Positions 51,323 through 64,000 of a stretch of 64,000 bases of DNA are shown piece after piece. The stretch is from Podarcis gaigeae (lineage: Eukaryota): NCBI GenBank assembly GCA_964106915.2, contig OZ066923.1; one strand, written 5' to 3'. The notes below the pieces were generated by a model. That model did not search any database and was not told where the DNA came from. It saw only the letters and a list, made by a program, of their open reading frames with translations. How positions within the stretch are numbered: the first letter of the stretch is position 1; each line of letters begins with the position of its first letter. The translations under genes and the position numbers were made by a program.

Positions 51323-52390
51323 CTTAAGGGCTACAACCAGCACTTTGAATTTGGCTTTTTCGCCTAGAAACAAATTGGTAACTACCAGTGAAGCTGGACT
51401 AGCACTGGAGAGTGAAAGTGATATGAGTGTCTCTTTCCATAGAAACCTGAAGTTTCCAAAGGCTTTTGAAAGGCAATTGCATGATACAGAAAGGGAGAGG
51501 CCAATGGGTTCAGAGGACCGGATGTGAGGAGGGAGGTCTTTGGGAGTCAGATTTTGTCATCGTCATCTCTCCCACCACCAGTTTCTCATCTCTAAACAGC
51601 AGTATCTACATACACAAGTGCCACCATCTGGGTCAAGAAATCTGTTTGATGCCACTGTGCTCAGTGTTAGGCTAACCTTTCTCCCTCCCCCATCAAGCCT
51701 CTGTGGTTCAAGAGCTCACTTCCAATGTTTTTTGGCTTGGTGGCCCCTTTGTTGATCTTTTCTCTCCCGCCTCCAGGGCAATGGGGGGTGCAGTGTTCTA
51801 TAACCACAGCAAAGTCCCTTATCCCTTGCAACAAACAAAGCAGGTAAATGCCAGGAAGAGGGCTCAGCAGAGTCTCCGGGCTAGGAGTTCCTGACAGCTT
51901 ATCAGAGCTGCTCTTTCAGCTCATCTCTATTCCAAAGGGCATGGATTGTGGCAGCTCGATTTTCCACCGTGGGATTTTGGCACCTGCTTCTGTGAAGCAC
52001 CAGGTGCTCATGCTCAGTTCTAAGGGTCTCCCAGAGGGGATCCATGCTCTGATCATTGTCTCAATAGTGTCACCAACACCCCTTCGTTGACATGCAGCGT
52101 GAGATATGCCGCCCTGAATGTCAGTCATTTGCTTGGTATCTCCAGCCTTGGCGAGCGGGCAGGAGGTGCACTCACATATGATTAGCATGCTTGGAGCAGT
52201 GCTTCATTTCTAATACTTCTCTACCGGCAAAGTCTCAGGATAGTCTGATGAGGAAGAAATGACACACTGAAGGGATTTTGTGCCATCCTGCCTATGTGAA
52301 CAGCTTCAGCTCCTGCCTTGCTCATCTCCCCTGCTAGTTTCAAGCATGTCTCTCACTTTCCATTATCTTTCCTCTCTCCTTTTTTTGCAG

Positions 52391-52488
52391 GATGGTGGAA
52401 TATTCTCTGGATCTCCAGAATATCAACCTGTCTGCAATCCGCACTGTGCGCGTCCTGAGGCCCCTCAAAGCCATCAACCGTGTGCCTA
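52391..52488 (+). CDS. CACNA1I: Cav3.3 coding exon (probably exon 4; domain I S3-S4 loop and S4 voltage sensor)
   Basis: Polypyrimidine tract and TTTTTTGCAG| acceptor; (G)[32 protein letters not shown](S); A|GTAAGT donor at 52489; 98 bp. [11 protein letters not shown] distinguishes Cav3.3 from Cav3.1 (DLQNVSFSAVR) and Cav3.2 (DGHNV). Confidence 0.97.
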
Positions 52489-52513
52489 GTAAGTCTATCT
52501 GCCTTTCTTCTTT

Positions 52514-52516
<3 letters not shown>

Positions 52517-52559
<43 letters not shown>
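52517..52559. repeat. (CT)n microsatellite ~30 bp downstream of the exon donor
   Basis: Directly visible. Confidence 0.95.
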
Positions 52560-52562
<3 letters not shown>

Positions 52563-52579
52563 TAGGGGGGTTGGGGTTG

Positions 52580-52823
52580 AGAGCACACATACTCATCCAG
52601 CACATTCAGAACTTACTAGCCACATGGCACCTGCGTCCAGCCCCTGCTGATCTCTCACACCCATTTGCACTGCTGTCTGGGGAAGCTTTCGTAGGGCAGG
52701 TGTGCATGCAGGCTGCAAGCAGAGCAAATCAGCTTATCCAGCACATCCAGTCCCTTCCAGCTACTTGGTACCTGAACCCAGACTATGCTGATCTCTCCCA
52801 TCCTCCTGAACTGCTGTCTGGGG
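52580..52823 (+). repeat. Degenerate tandem duplication, 141-bp period
   Basis: CTCATCCAGCACAT...TGCTGATCTCTC...ACTGCTGTCTGGGG at 52592 recurs at 52733. Confidence 0.85.
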
Positions 52824-53841
52824 GATTCATGAGCTGTGGACAGACAGCAAAATCCTTTTAATAGAAGGGACAGCATTCACAACAGAAATTCTGAGCTAAA
52901 ACACTAAACTGGGATTAAAGGAACTTTAGAACAGGCCTTACTAGGAAATACTTAGCAAGGCTTCTGCAAAAGGAAGTTCCGTCTTACCAGAATTTTGGGG
53001 TTTGCTGGAAGCATCATCAGGCAGATGGGTAAGGGGGAATCTGGTAGATGATATGGGCGGGATTCCCCTAACCGGCTCTGTCAAAAAACATTTTGCTGCT
53101 AGGAAAGTGATGGTGAAATGAAAGGTGTGGAATGAGTGAAGAATTAATCGGAGAATGTGTGAACCCCACACAAGCGAATCAGAATGAATTATCATTGTCG
53201 CACGACTATCCTGTAAACAGATTGGAATAAATGCTCAATAAAGACCAGACACAGTCTAACCATGGCACAAGCTTTGTGCAAACAAATCAGGTTGTCTGTT
53301 TATTCAGAATGCTTCATTTTGGGAAGGTTATGGTTCCAACGGTTGACCCACTTCAGGTTAGGACATTACCCTGTTGTAGGTCATGGTGTAAGTGCTGAAC
53401 ACTATTTTAGAGAAAAGGTCTCTCATATTTGTGGTCCTCTTAGAGAGTGGGGGATTTTGCCAAATGGTTGTGTCAGCGATAAAGGGAATTTGAGAGACAG
53501 GAGTAAACAGCTTTGATTATGGATGCTTCAAACTGTACTTCTCTTCCTTTTATGAAACTGGAGTCTTTGGGAGATCTGCCTGCTGTAGAGAAGGAAGTTA
53601 GGTTTACTGTGCTCCTCCTGGGCTTGTCCTACATTTATTGATAACTTCTGTGTAAGGGATTTGTTATTAGACCCATGGACTAGGGCAGCATTAAGAAGAG
53701 TTGGGACACAGAGGGCTGCTTTTGTTGCTGTTCCCTCTACTCTTCCACATCTTTCTCACACCATTGCAATACTTGCTGTGGCTTGCTAAGCCCCAGACCC
53801 GTGTCTATGGGACAGAGCCTTTGCCTTGCATGCAAAAGGTA

Positions 53842-54057
53842 CAGTGGTACCTCGGGTTATGTTACCTTCGGGTAACATAATTTCAGGTTGTGAATGTGGC
53901 AAACCAGGAAGTGTATACACTTCCGGGTTTCACCACGCACACATGCGCAGAAGCACTCTATCGTGCCGTGCGCAGAAGCAGCGCCTCTGGATAAGGACTT
54001 TTTGGGGTAAGTACGGACCCCCGGGATGAATTAAGTTCGTATCTGGAGGGTCCACTG
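53842..54057. mobile_element. Tc1/mariner (Tigger-like) MITE inserted in a SINE
   Basis: TA|CAGTGGTACCTCGGGTTA ... GAGGGTCCACTG; same TIR family as 9111. Confidence 0.85.
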
Positions 54058-55123
54058 TCTTGGGTTCAGCTTCTAACATCTTCAGGTGGAGTTGTGAGAG
54101 ATCCCACCTGAAATCCTAGAGACACATTGCCAATCAATATAGACAACATGGAGCTCAATGGGCCAATCTTCTGATTCAGTATATGGCAGTTTCCTTTGTT
54201 TGTAGCAGCCTATCCAAGAAAAGAAGAGATAAGGAAAGCATACACATCATGTGGTGGGGGTGGTGGTTTGGTGGGTGCAGCTCCGAGGACATGCTTTGCA
54301 GGTCTCCATTTAAATCCCTGGCTTCTCCAGTTAAGGCTACAAAAGACTAAGACCCAGAGAACCACTGCTAATCATCATAGAGAGTATTGAGCTAAGTGGA
54401 GCAGTGGCAGTTTCCTGTGTTCCTAATATAAGTGGCAAAGCAACAAGGACCACGATCTTGTATAAGTGTGATGTTCAAACAACCCTAGGGACCATTTCTG
54501 GAACTAGTTTTGGGATTTCACCAGAAGGTTGCCCCTTGGGACGCTAGTGTCTATTGGTCATGTAGGAAGTGTGTAATTATTTTTCCATTTTCCTTGAAGC
54601 TAAGATGTTAGGTGTGGGATTTTGAACTTGGCAATGTCCCCTACACTCCCCTTTCTCCCCCAATCCCTAAGGCCCCATCTCACAGGCCTGCTTTGAAATC
54701 TTGGTCTCTGTATTAAGCTACTTTCAGTACTCCAGTACTTTTTGAAAAGAGCTTTTTAAAGCACAGAATAATATGATTTATATTCCTTCATCTAGTCCAG
54801 GTAACATCAGGAGCCTATGGAGGAGCCGGTAGCAAAGCCCCAGGCGTAGTCAGATGAATTAAATGCCAAATGTAAACATTCTCACTGGAAGTCTAATTTA
54901 CAAGCATTTGGTATGTGTATGGATAATGGCTTTGCAGCAGCAAATTAGAGCCTTAAGCAAAGAAGGGAGAATTTCCAGCCCTTACCCTGTTTTCTTGGAC
55001 TGGGCTGGTAGCATTTGGAGAAGCTACAGACATTTTATTGGTTTGATTCCCTGTTATAAATGTGCTTTGATTTAGGAAGCCTTGCTCAGTAGATTATTAA
55101 GTGACCTTTCTCCCTGGATACTT

Positions 55124-55350
55124 AGAATCACAGAATTGTAAAGTTGGAAGGGTCCCAAGGGTCATCTAGTCCAACCCCCTGCAAAGCAGGAATCACAGCT
55201 AAAGAACCCCTGACAGATAACCACCCAACTTCTGTTTAAAAACCTCTGAAGAAGAGTCCACTGCCTTTCAGGGAAGTTAGTTACACTGCAGAACAGCTCT
55301 TACCATCAGAAAATTCTTCCTAATGTTTAGTCGAAATCTCCTTTCTTGTT
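55124..55350 (-). mobile_element. CR1 LINE 3' end
   Basis: AGAATCACAGAATTGTAAAGTTGGAAGGG...GTCATCTAGTCCAACCCCCTGC (reverse complement of the CR1 tail). Confidence 0.8.
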
Positions 55351-55427
55351 CTGCAGTTTTCTGTGTCTGCCCAGGAAAAAGAATTGTTAAACCACACACT
55401 GGGAATTGTAGCAGTGTGAGGGGAATA

Positions 55428-55779
55428 AAAAAGGTAAAGGGACCCCTGACCATTAGGTCCAGTCATGACCGACTCTGGGGTTGTGGCACTAATCTCGCTT
55501 TATTGGCCGAGGGAGCCGGCGTACAGCTCCCTCCCATGTGACCAGCATGACTAAGCCACTTCTGGCGAACCAAAGCAGCGCACGGATACACCGTTTACCT
55601 TCCCGTCGGAGCAGTACCTATTGATCTACTTGCACTTTGGCGTGCTTTCGAACTGCTAGGTTGGCAGGAGCAGGGACCGAGCAACAGGAGCTCACCCCAT
55701 CGCGGGGATTCGAACCGCGAACCTTCTCATCGGCAAGTCCTAGGCTCTGTGCTTTAACCCACAGCGCCACCCGTGTCCT
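55428..55779 (-). mobile_element. Sauria SINE, full length
   Basis: 12-bp TSD GTGAGGGGAATA (55416-55427, 55781-55792); inserted into the 13400-family repeat. Confidence 0.93.
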
Positions 55780-58174
55780 GGTGAGGGGAATAGGTGTCTC
55801 CTAAAAACTCTTGGCACCCTCATTAACAAACTATAGTTCAAAATCTCTTTTGGGTGAAGTCATCACTGTTTAAAGCGGTTTGCTGCTGATTTAAATGTAT
55901 GGTGCAGATGGAGCCTTAGCTATGTCTGGGTTTGCTGAACACATTCATTCATAAGAACACAGATGAATGAATACATGTTCCAACATTTAACCCAGGGTTG
56001 GGAACCTCGGGCCCAGGCCAAACATGGCCATCCAAGTCTCCTTATCTGGGCCTCAAGACTCTCCTGAAGCCACATCCCTCACTGGCCCTGCTTCACACTA
56101 TCTTTGAGTGTTCTTGACCGCCTGGAAGGTGTCCTTGAACTCTGATATGCCTCTTGCTTCCCTGGATGAAGAACAGAGAGGGGCATGTCTACTGTGCAAA
56201 TGCAAAATTTGCATTCATTGCTCTGCCTGCTTTTACTGCCTCTGGAAAGTTACCCAGAAGGGAATGGAGCTCTCGAGTTGACAAAGGCTCGTCATTCTTG
56301 ATGTAACCAATCATACGGTGATGTGTGCATGGTGTGCCTCCTTTTCCCAACTTGGGAGTGATATCTATGCAAGGAAGCAACCTGGTGTAAAGCAGTCCTA
56401 AAACTGTGCCATTGCTCTGCAAGTTAGGGACCAGGAGCACGGCATTTGCTGTCTCCTGCATGACTCCCCTTGTAATCTAAAAATACTCTGAGACCTATGC
56501 TACATGGAGGGAAGTGAGATAATGGGCACCTTCCCCCCCCCCATTCGTCTTGCTTCTACTTTTGTCCCTTCTTCCTCCTCTGCAGCTCTGTGTGCATGAT
56601 ATATAAGTATGAGTCAGGCTCCACTGGGAGCTGAACCATCAGAATCTGCTAGGCGACGGTGTGAACCGGGATGCAGTTGCTCTGTATACACACACAGTAT
56701 AGTTTAATGGAGTCCCCTCCCCAACATGTCAGGTTTCAGGCCAGAGAAACAGACGCGTTTCAGTAGAATAGTTACTAGGGAGGGAAAGTGCGAGAGCACA
56801 ATAGAATAGAAGCAGGGATTGTGTTCTTCTTGCTGCTTTAAAATATCACCTCCCTCCTGAGGGCAATGTGGAGCCAAGGCCGCAGCACAGCTGGTATTCC
56901 ACTGTGTTTATTAACTCCGATCAAATAATGCCAGCAGTGTTTGCCCAACTAGGCATCACACAGCGGCTGGTAATGAATTAGTAATTATTGATAACTATTT
57001 CTGTGCAGGGTCACCAAAAAAAGACAGGGTTCCTTTGCCTGATGAAGGGTAAAGTGAGGCTATGCACATCACACTGTATAAGGAACCCCCTTTCATTGCT
57101 TTGTTCAGTAGATTAAATCTTTATGTATTTATTTATATGTTTTCCTTGATTTATATTTTTATCCTGCCTTTCTACTGAAGCATTAGGGTGACTCCTGCTT
57201 CACACCACACTCCAGGACCCTAGATAGTAGGCCATCTAACACAATGGCTCATACAGTGTTCTGTTCATTCCTATGCCTGTTTCCTGAACTGCAACTGAGT
57301 TGGGATGGCAGAAAAATAAGATTCAGTTTGCATTTGAAAAGCTGAACTTATCAAATCCACACATTCCAAAGCGATATGAGAACTGGAATATAGCCATCCT
57401 TTAAAATTTACTCTTGGCCCAAATTTTGGGATTCGGTTCTCCAGCCAAACGTGGTTTACATTAGGAGAGTGTGTGCATAAAAAAAACGATCATATTGGTG
57501 AAAATAACATAACAAAGATGCATTATATGAGGGTAAATTGCTTGCAGTACTGTGTATATTGGTCAGCAGTGCATACAAAATGTGTTTGTGAGGAGCAAAT
57601 TCACACTAAAATGCTGAAGAATTTTCATGAGGGTTTTTATAAAAAGAAAAGAATCACAAATTGCTGCAAAAGTGAACTGAATTTGTTGTTGGGGAAATGA
57701 GAAGCCAAGAGAAGTGATTCTTCCATTCGTTCTCCCAAGTGAGTACAGAGGATTGTCACTCTGGCCTTGTACAAAGTTTGCCTCTCCCCACCCCTGCAAA
57801 AAAGAGAGAGAGAGAGAGAGAGAGAAGCATTTAGTAGGCCCCAGCCCCTGCCATGTGCTTTTTCTTCATTCCTGTTTTTCACTTTAGCTTGAGAAGTTCA
57901 TTATCTGGGATGGGCAATTAAAATATCACCAGTCCTACTATGGCACATACATGGGCTTGTTTGTTTTTACTTTGGTTATATTGTTGTAGAGAGTTTGAGC
58001 ATTTGATACATTGCACTATGTACCACAAAATATATATTTAAATAGATTATTTTAGCTCAATGTATGCCTTTTCTAAAAAAAATTATCCTAAAACATACGA
58101 TTTCATGCATTTTTGTTATGTTTTTGAGCTGAGAACAGTACTGCAAAGCTCAGAGAAGTGCAAAATTCAAAGTA

Positions 58175-58324
58175 CCATATTTTCCTGTGTATAAGACTAG
58201 GTCGTCCCCCCTAAAAATAATGCCAAAAATTAGGGGGCATCTTATACACAGGGCCATCTCCCCCCATTTTCTTAAATCTGAGTCCCCCAAAATAGGGGGG
58301 TGTCTTATAGATGGAAAAATACAG
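58175..58324. mobile_element. Tc1/mariner-type MITE
   Basis: TA-flanked imperfect TIRs CCATATTTTCCTGTGTATAAGAC / GTCTTATAGATGGAAAAATACAG. Confidence 0.75.
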
Positions 58325-58467
58325 TATATGTTCTTCTCTGTGCAATTAGTCTGGGAGGTTTGGATTTGAGTGGTTTACTTGCAGACTACCGAAAGGTATC
58401 TTTCTCTCATTCTCACCTCCTAAAAGAGTGAGCCGCAGAGCAGGTGGGGCCTCCCATGTTGACCTTA

Positions 58468-58830
58468 CATAGGCATCAACTTTAGGGGGTCCAGGTCTCT
58501 TCAGTTGCCCCAATAAAATATTTTTTTGGGGGGGGGACAGGACAGCCCCAATGTTGAGACCACTCAGTTGCGGAGCCAAGAGCAGCGCTGTGTGGCTTCA
58601 GTGGCTTGTGACTCCTTCTCCTGCCATGGAGGTGAAGGAGGGGGGAATCAGCCCCCAGCCAATGACAGTGGTAGGAGGAGGAAGAGGCGGAGCACTAGAG
58701 AGGAGGAGCCATCAGCTATAGAAGCCGTGCTGCCGCTGCATTTGGCTCCACCCCGGCTCCTCCCTGTGTTACACGCATGTCATGTGCGTGTCATCGCCCT
58801 CCCAATCTTCTGCTCAGGTTGGCGCCTCTG
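58468..58830. mobile_element. Non-autonomous hAT element
   Basis: TIRs CATAGGCATCAAC / GTTGGCGCCTCTG; 8-bp TSD TGACCTTA/TGACCTCA (7 of 8 match). Confidence 0.8.
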
Positions 58831-61800
58831 TGACCTCAGCAATTGGGTGGGTTTTCTAGGATAGAGAGGGGATATTTTGCACCTGAAAAGGTCAGGAACA
58901 GAGGGAGTGTCAAAACCTTTGCCTGCTAGTCACTTTTAACCTGAAACTCCCTCTCCCACCACACCCTTTTATTCCAGTTTTTAACATGCAGGTCTCACAT
59001 TCCTTAGGGGTAAGAAGAGTTGGGAGGAGTTTTAGGGAGAAGGAGGCTAAGCAATATTTACTAAATGCGAAATATTGAGAGCTGAAACCCAAATGCTATC
59101 TGCATAGACTCACCTGTTCATCTGCGCTGGGTTCGATTTCCTTCCAGTGATGCTCAAAAGTGTCTGTGTTTGGAACAGGTTTCTGTTCCATTGCTACATT
59201 GCGCTAAGAACAATTTGCGGAGCTTCTGTGGGATTGCTTACCTGTTTCAGATACACAGAAGCAATTTCCACGTAAGGTTTTGTGAGACACTTTCAGCCAT
59301 TCATCACCGCTCTTTCTGACAATACGTAAAGATTTATGGTAGGGTTTGCTTCCTCGGGGTTGCCTCTCACGTTATTTTAAACACAGAAGTGCAGTCTTGG
59401 GAGTCCGTGCCTAAAGATGTGAGAAAATGTAATATTGGAAAGGTAATAAATGTGTCTGGGGGAAAACTTTTAGACATGTTGGGCAAGCTTCCAAACACAT
59501 TTTGTGGAGCTTGTGCATCCTCATTCTTGAAATAGGCATTCAGGCCTTGACAAATCCAGGCACCTAATAATTTGATACCGGTGGCATCGGCAAACCTGAA
59601 AAATTATTTTCAGGTCTGCACAGGAGCTGGCATGGAAATGTTGATGCTGGTTCCTGAGCAATCTTTTCAGTCCAGTGGGTGCAGGACATAAGGGAGCCAA
59701 ACTAAAAGCCCCATTTTCCCATTGTATCATTATTATTAGTTGTATACATATTTTATTATTGTTTCTAAATAGTCTAACATTTACCAATTCCCTACTATAA
59801 CACCAAACTATAACCTGTTAAAGCATGAATAAAAATCAGACATATAAATAAAGCATTTTTTTTTTAATATTCAGTCCTCTTTGCCACATCAGTATCTCTG
59901 TAGCACCAGCACTGTTCTGGGATTAATTTTACTTTAATGTGTTTCTTTTTTCAGTTATTATAAATGCAGGGATTTCCAGCCACATCTTCAGTACTTCTGA
60001 TCAAAGAGGCATTTTTGTTAGTAATATGAGGGGGGAAACTTCTGGTTTTTTCATTTGCATAGAAACGTTGTCACATCAAGTGCTCCAGTGCTTGCTTTCC
60101 TCTCCCCTCCTCATTCCCTTTTCCTTTTGTATCATGTTTATGAGATTCTGAGTCTGTAAGCAGGGACTGTCTTATCTTTTAATGCAGCACTCAGAAAATG
60201 CTTTATAAGTGCTAAGCAGCAATAACCGAAAAATGGCAAGAGGATTGTGTTTGAAAAAATAATGAAAAATTGGAAATGGTCTGAGTTGGTAGCATGTGTC
60301 TAGCTAGACATGGCACAGATTAGTGACAGAACATTTGGGTCCTTCCCACAAACCTTATTTAATGTCTTCATTAATAATCTTCATGGAGGAGTCATACTTG
60401 TTAATGACATTCATAGATGATGCTAAAATTGGAAGAGTAGTGGATATTAGCAAAGGGGAAAGAATAATATAAAGGGATGTAAAAGGAGCGAGGGGAAAGT
60501 GGACAGAAACGAACATGGACTGGTCAGAAAAGGCTCCACCTATGTAAATGCATCAAAGATTTTTGAATTATTTGTTTGTTCAGAAGCAGTGGAATATAAG
60601 TACTTTAAAATAAGTAAATTGAAGGCAGGCATAGGCTGAGACAGTGGACAAAATGTTCAAGGGATGAAATATTGTCAAAATGTTTTATTGATTCCTATTT
60701 TAAGGTCCTTAATTCAGAATGGGTTGTCCAGAAGGATTATCATGTGACCAGGGTGTAGAGTCTCCTGTTGGCCACAATTTTTAAAAGAGATTAACTAGAG
60801 CAATTTTGCTGTGACAAAGGCACTCAAATACTTATGACCAGCGGCGTAATGGCAGTTGTCAGTGCCTAGGGAGGGCAGGCGCCCTGAGTTCATTTGAAAG
60901 AGGGCTTGGTTATTAAACCACTCTGGCAATTGTAGCTCTGTGAATGGAATAGAGGACCCCTAACAAACTACAGTTCACCCTTAACAAACTACAGCTCCCA
61001 TGATGCTTCAGGGGAGCCACGACTATTAAAATAGTATCATAATGCTGGTATAGTCCAGAATTCTAACATCTCCTTCTGTATGATGGGTAGAATGGCTCTT
61101 GCAAAAAAACACACAAAAAAACCCCTGTTGTTGCAGGAGTGAGACTCAATAACTTGGGGGCTCTTAGACTTCACTTTTCTAAATGATAGAAGGTTTATTT
61201 TTGCAATTTTAAAATTTATAACCAGCTAATCAATTCTCTGTGTGGCCCAGATATACTCTTTCTCCCTTTCCATCTGCATCCTTTTATTAACATTCACCCT
61301 TTCTCATATTCTTCTTAACCGAAGCTTCATGGGTTGCACCTTGAACACAGCTCAAGAGAGAGAGGGAGACAGAGAGAGATCCCCGTAGGTCTTTGTCAGA
61401 AGCAGCCCCAGGTCTCTCTAGAAAAGCTTGGCTGCATATCACCCCAGCCAGTTCTTATTATGGCCTCTCCAGTGGCACCTTTCTGCCTCTATGCCACCTC
61501 TCGCTTCTTTCTGAAGTTGTGCACAATCTCACTTCATCCCTCTTGAGTGGCAAGTCTTTAATCATATCTTCCTCTTGTACCGTCATGATTTTGACACAGG
61601 TGGAAGAAAATGCCTCTTCTCGCTGCTGTTGCTGCCACGGTGTTAGCTGTGACTGTCAATTCTGTCTCATTTTGTACTGTGTTTGGATGTGTGTTGCTTA
61701 CAACTAGTACTTTACAGCAACTGACTTGGCTAAAGTTCTATCTGCTAAGTTACAAGGCAAATCCTGTGATGGTAGGGATTAGCTGAAGAATTGATTGCCA

Positions 61801-62175
61801 AGAATGTACAGTGCTATCTAGCCACTGCTGTGGTGGTGGTGGTAGTTGTGGTGGTTGTTATTTAACCACCCTTCAGCAGCAGGTTACAACAATTAAAACA
61901 TGGTGTCAAAAACACTCTAAAGCAATGTAATGATCACAGAAATAAGGTGGGTCCTAAAAATATACACATCTCAGTTATCAAAAAGGTAAGGAGCATTTGC
62001 TGAAAGTTCTATAATGAAGATGCCAGATGCACGTCTGTGGGGAGGGAATTCCACAACTTAGGGGCTACCACAAATAATGTCCTCTCCTGCAGTAGCAGGA
62101 GGGTGGTGGAACAACCTTCTGTCAATCTTAGCACCCAAGAGGGTCCATAGGGAAGAAGGCAGCATTTCCTCCAAA

Positions 62176-62235
62176 CTATGCCCACCTGCCCTACATCAAG
62201 TGTGGCTATGCCCACCTGCCCTACATCAAGTGTGG
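62176..62235. repeat. Perfect 30-bp tandem duplication within an old L2 fragment (~61855-62250, - strand)
   Basis: CTATGCCCACCTGCCCTACATCAAGTGTGG x2. Confidence 0.95.
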
Positions 62236-62562
62236 AGCACCAAAGAAACAATCAGGAGCTTAGAAGTGAGTTCTTGATGGTTCCTCTACATGCAGGGCTC
62301 ACTAACAGCCCCACTGGGATTGGCTGCACTAGGGAGGTCCCCTTTGGGTGCTTTTGGTCCATTTGCAAGCTTGATTTCAATCCCTACCACACCTGTACTT
62401 CTAAGGGGATAATTGTAACCACCGAGCAGGTAATCAGTCATTGTATCAAGACACTTAGAACTTGTCACCTGATGTTATAATGAGGTTGGCCTGTTGGAAG
62501 TAGGGGAAGAGATTTAAGGATCCAACCCACTGACTGGATCCAATTCCTCAGCCCTGCTCAGT

Positions 62563-63392
62563 ACATTGATGAGGTCCAGCGCCGAGGGCCTTCTGGCAGT
62601 TCCCTCACTGCAAGAAGCCAAGTTACAGGGAAGCAGGCAGAGGGCCTTCTCATTAGTGGCACTCGCCCTGTGGAACGCCCCCCCACCAGAGAAAAACAAC
62701 TACCAGACTTTTAGAAGACATCTGAAGGCAGCCCTGTTTAGGGAAGCTTTTAATGTTTGCATAGGCGCCGACTCCATGGGGCCTGAGGGGGCCCGAGCCC
62801 CCTCAAAAATTCATTTGTGGGGGCTCCACCCCCTCAATAATTTAAGAAAATTATTAGTTATATTATGCTTTGTAAAATCACAAAATTATGTTGGTATTTT
62901 TTATTTTCCTTGTTTGACGATAGTTACCTTTTAAAATACATTCAGTAATGAGTTAAAACAAAGCCACTCCCGATCTAGAGAGGGGGTGGGGTTGCGGGCT
63001 CTCGACCCATCAACAATCTCGCGGGGCTGGCGGCGTCAGCCCTCGAGAAGCGGGGATTCCCCCTAGCTCATTAATATTCACCGCCCACGGCGGCAGCCAA
63101 TCGGCTGCCGCAACGGGCGGGCCCTCACAGGTTCACTGAAGGTCGGGGCAGCCCGGGGCTCGCCCCTTTCGTTCCCCCAGCAGCAGCGGTTTGGAGGTCT
63201 TGGGCCCCCCCAATATTTTTTATAAGTCAGTATGGGCCCCCGCCCCCCCCAATATTTTTTATAAGTCGGCGCCCCTGAATGTTTGATGGACTATTGTATT
63301 TTAATATTTTGTTGGAAGCCGCCCAGAGTGGCTGGGGAAACCCAGCCAGATGGGCGGGATATAAATAATTATAATTATTATTATTATTATTA
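62563..63392 (+). mobile_element. L2-like LINE 3' end interrupted by a hAT element
   Basis: RSSAEGLLAVPSLQEAKLQGSRQRAFSLVALALWNA...; resumes at 63278 and ends in (TTA)n. Confidence 0.88.
62760..63277. mobile_element. Non-autonomous hAT element (518 bp) carrying a captured CpG-rich segment
   Basis: TIRs CATAGGCGCCGACT / AGTCGGCGCCCCTG, perfect 8-bp TSD AATGTTTG (62752-62759, 63278-63285). Confidence 0.9.
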
Positions 63393-63934
63393 AGCTGCTC
63401 TCTAGGATTCCAGACTAGAGTTTCCTCCCTGAAGATGCTAGCAGGGACTGAACCTGGAACCTTTGGTATGCAAGGCACACGCTGGCCAATGCTGGCTGAG
63501 ATTGGATTGAGCAGTCAACTGGAAACTCCCAATTCTGGCTGTTGTGACAGGAACTACTGCTCAATGCACCTGCTCCACCCGCAATTTAGGGAACTATACC
63601 ATGGATGGGGATAGGGAGGGGAGGGGTAACACTAGTCTTGCTGAAATGTGGCAAGAATAAGTTGTTAGAGGGCAGAGCATCGTAGGGCTGGTGTCCTATG
63701 GCTCGGAGGTGCCTCTCAAAATAATAATGCTGTTCAGCATGCACCAAGCCTGCGTGCTTGTGGGATGACTTCTCAGTAATAAATACATGCTAGCAGCCAT
63801 TGAACTGAGTGTCAGGAGAGCAAAAGGTATACCGGTATACAGTGCAGAAAACCTTCACTGGGCCTGTGCCTTTAGCAGATATCTGCAACTTGGTACCATT
63901 GAGTGAAAACATATGTAGATGAAAAAAATATGTA

Positions 63935-64000
63935 CAGTGGTACCTCGCAAGACGAATGCCTCGTAAGACGAAAAACTCGCAAGACGAAAGAGTTTTTCGT
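63935..64000. mobile_element. Start of a Tigger-like MITE (runs off the window)
   Basis: TA|CAGTGGTACCTCG followed by internal CTCGCAAGACGAA repeats. Confidence 0.8.

Larger units (their letters stand above)
19743..52390 (+). other. CACNA1I: CACNA1I GT-AG intron, 32,648 bp
   Basis: GTAAGT...TTGCAG; GG|G completes a Gly codon and the peptide is continuous across the junction. Confidence 0.93.

Noticed and set aside
52489-64000. Next CACNA1I exon (SMRILVNLLLDTLPMLG...)
   Set aside because: Not found by eye; presumably downstream of the window.

Overview
Vertebrate genomic DNA, most likely a lacertid lizard (inferred from seven Sauria SINE copies and BovB LINE fragments). The window lies inside the 5' part of the T-type calcium channel gene CACNA1I (Cav3.3) on the + strand. 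Three coding exons are present (18475-18586, 19609-19742, 52391-52488; domain I S1-S4); the rest is intron. The intron before the first of these exons ends in a U12-type branch site plus AC acceptor, i.e. a minor-spliceosome AT-AC intron whose donor lies upstream of the window. The introns are dense with transposable elements: Sauria SINEs, BovB/RTE, L2 and CR1 fragments, tRNA-derived SINEs, three solo LTRs with target-site duplications (TSDs), and hAT and Tc1/mariner MITEs, many nested. The most unusual observations are: (i) two retro-insertions with very long TSDs (~116-120 bp and 92 bp); (ii) two aberrant BovB insertions that both use the same 5'-UTR segment; (iii) a hAT element carrying the promoter-like end of an unclassified CpG-rich element found 34 kb away; (iv) a sense-oriented solo LTR with a poly(A) signal in a 1-kb intron. 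Nearly all ORFs in the track are spurious. I found no evidence for a wholly new protein-coding system. All alignments were done by eye, and family names are from recalled consensus sequences.
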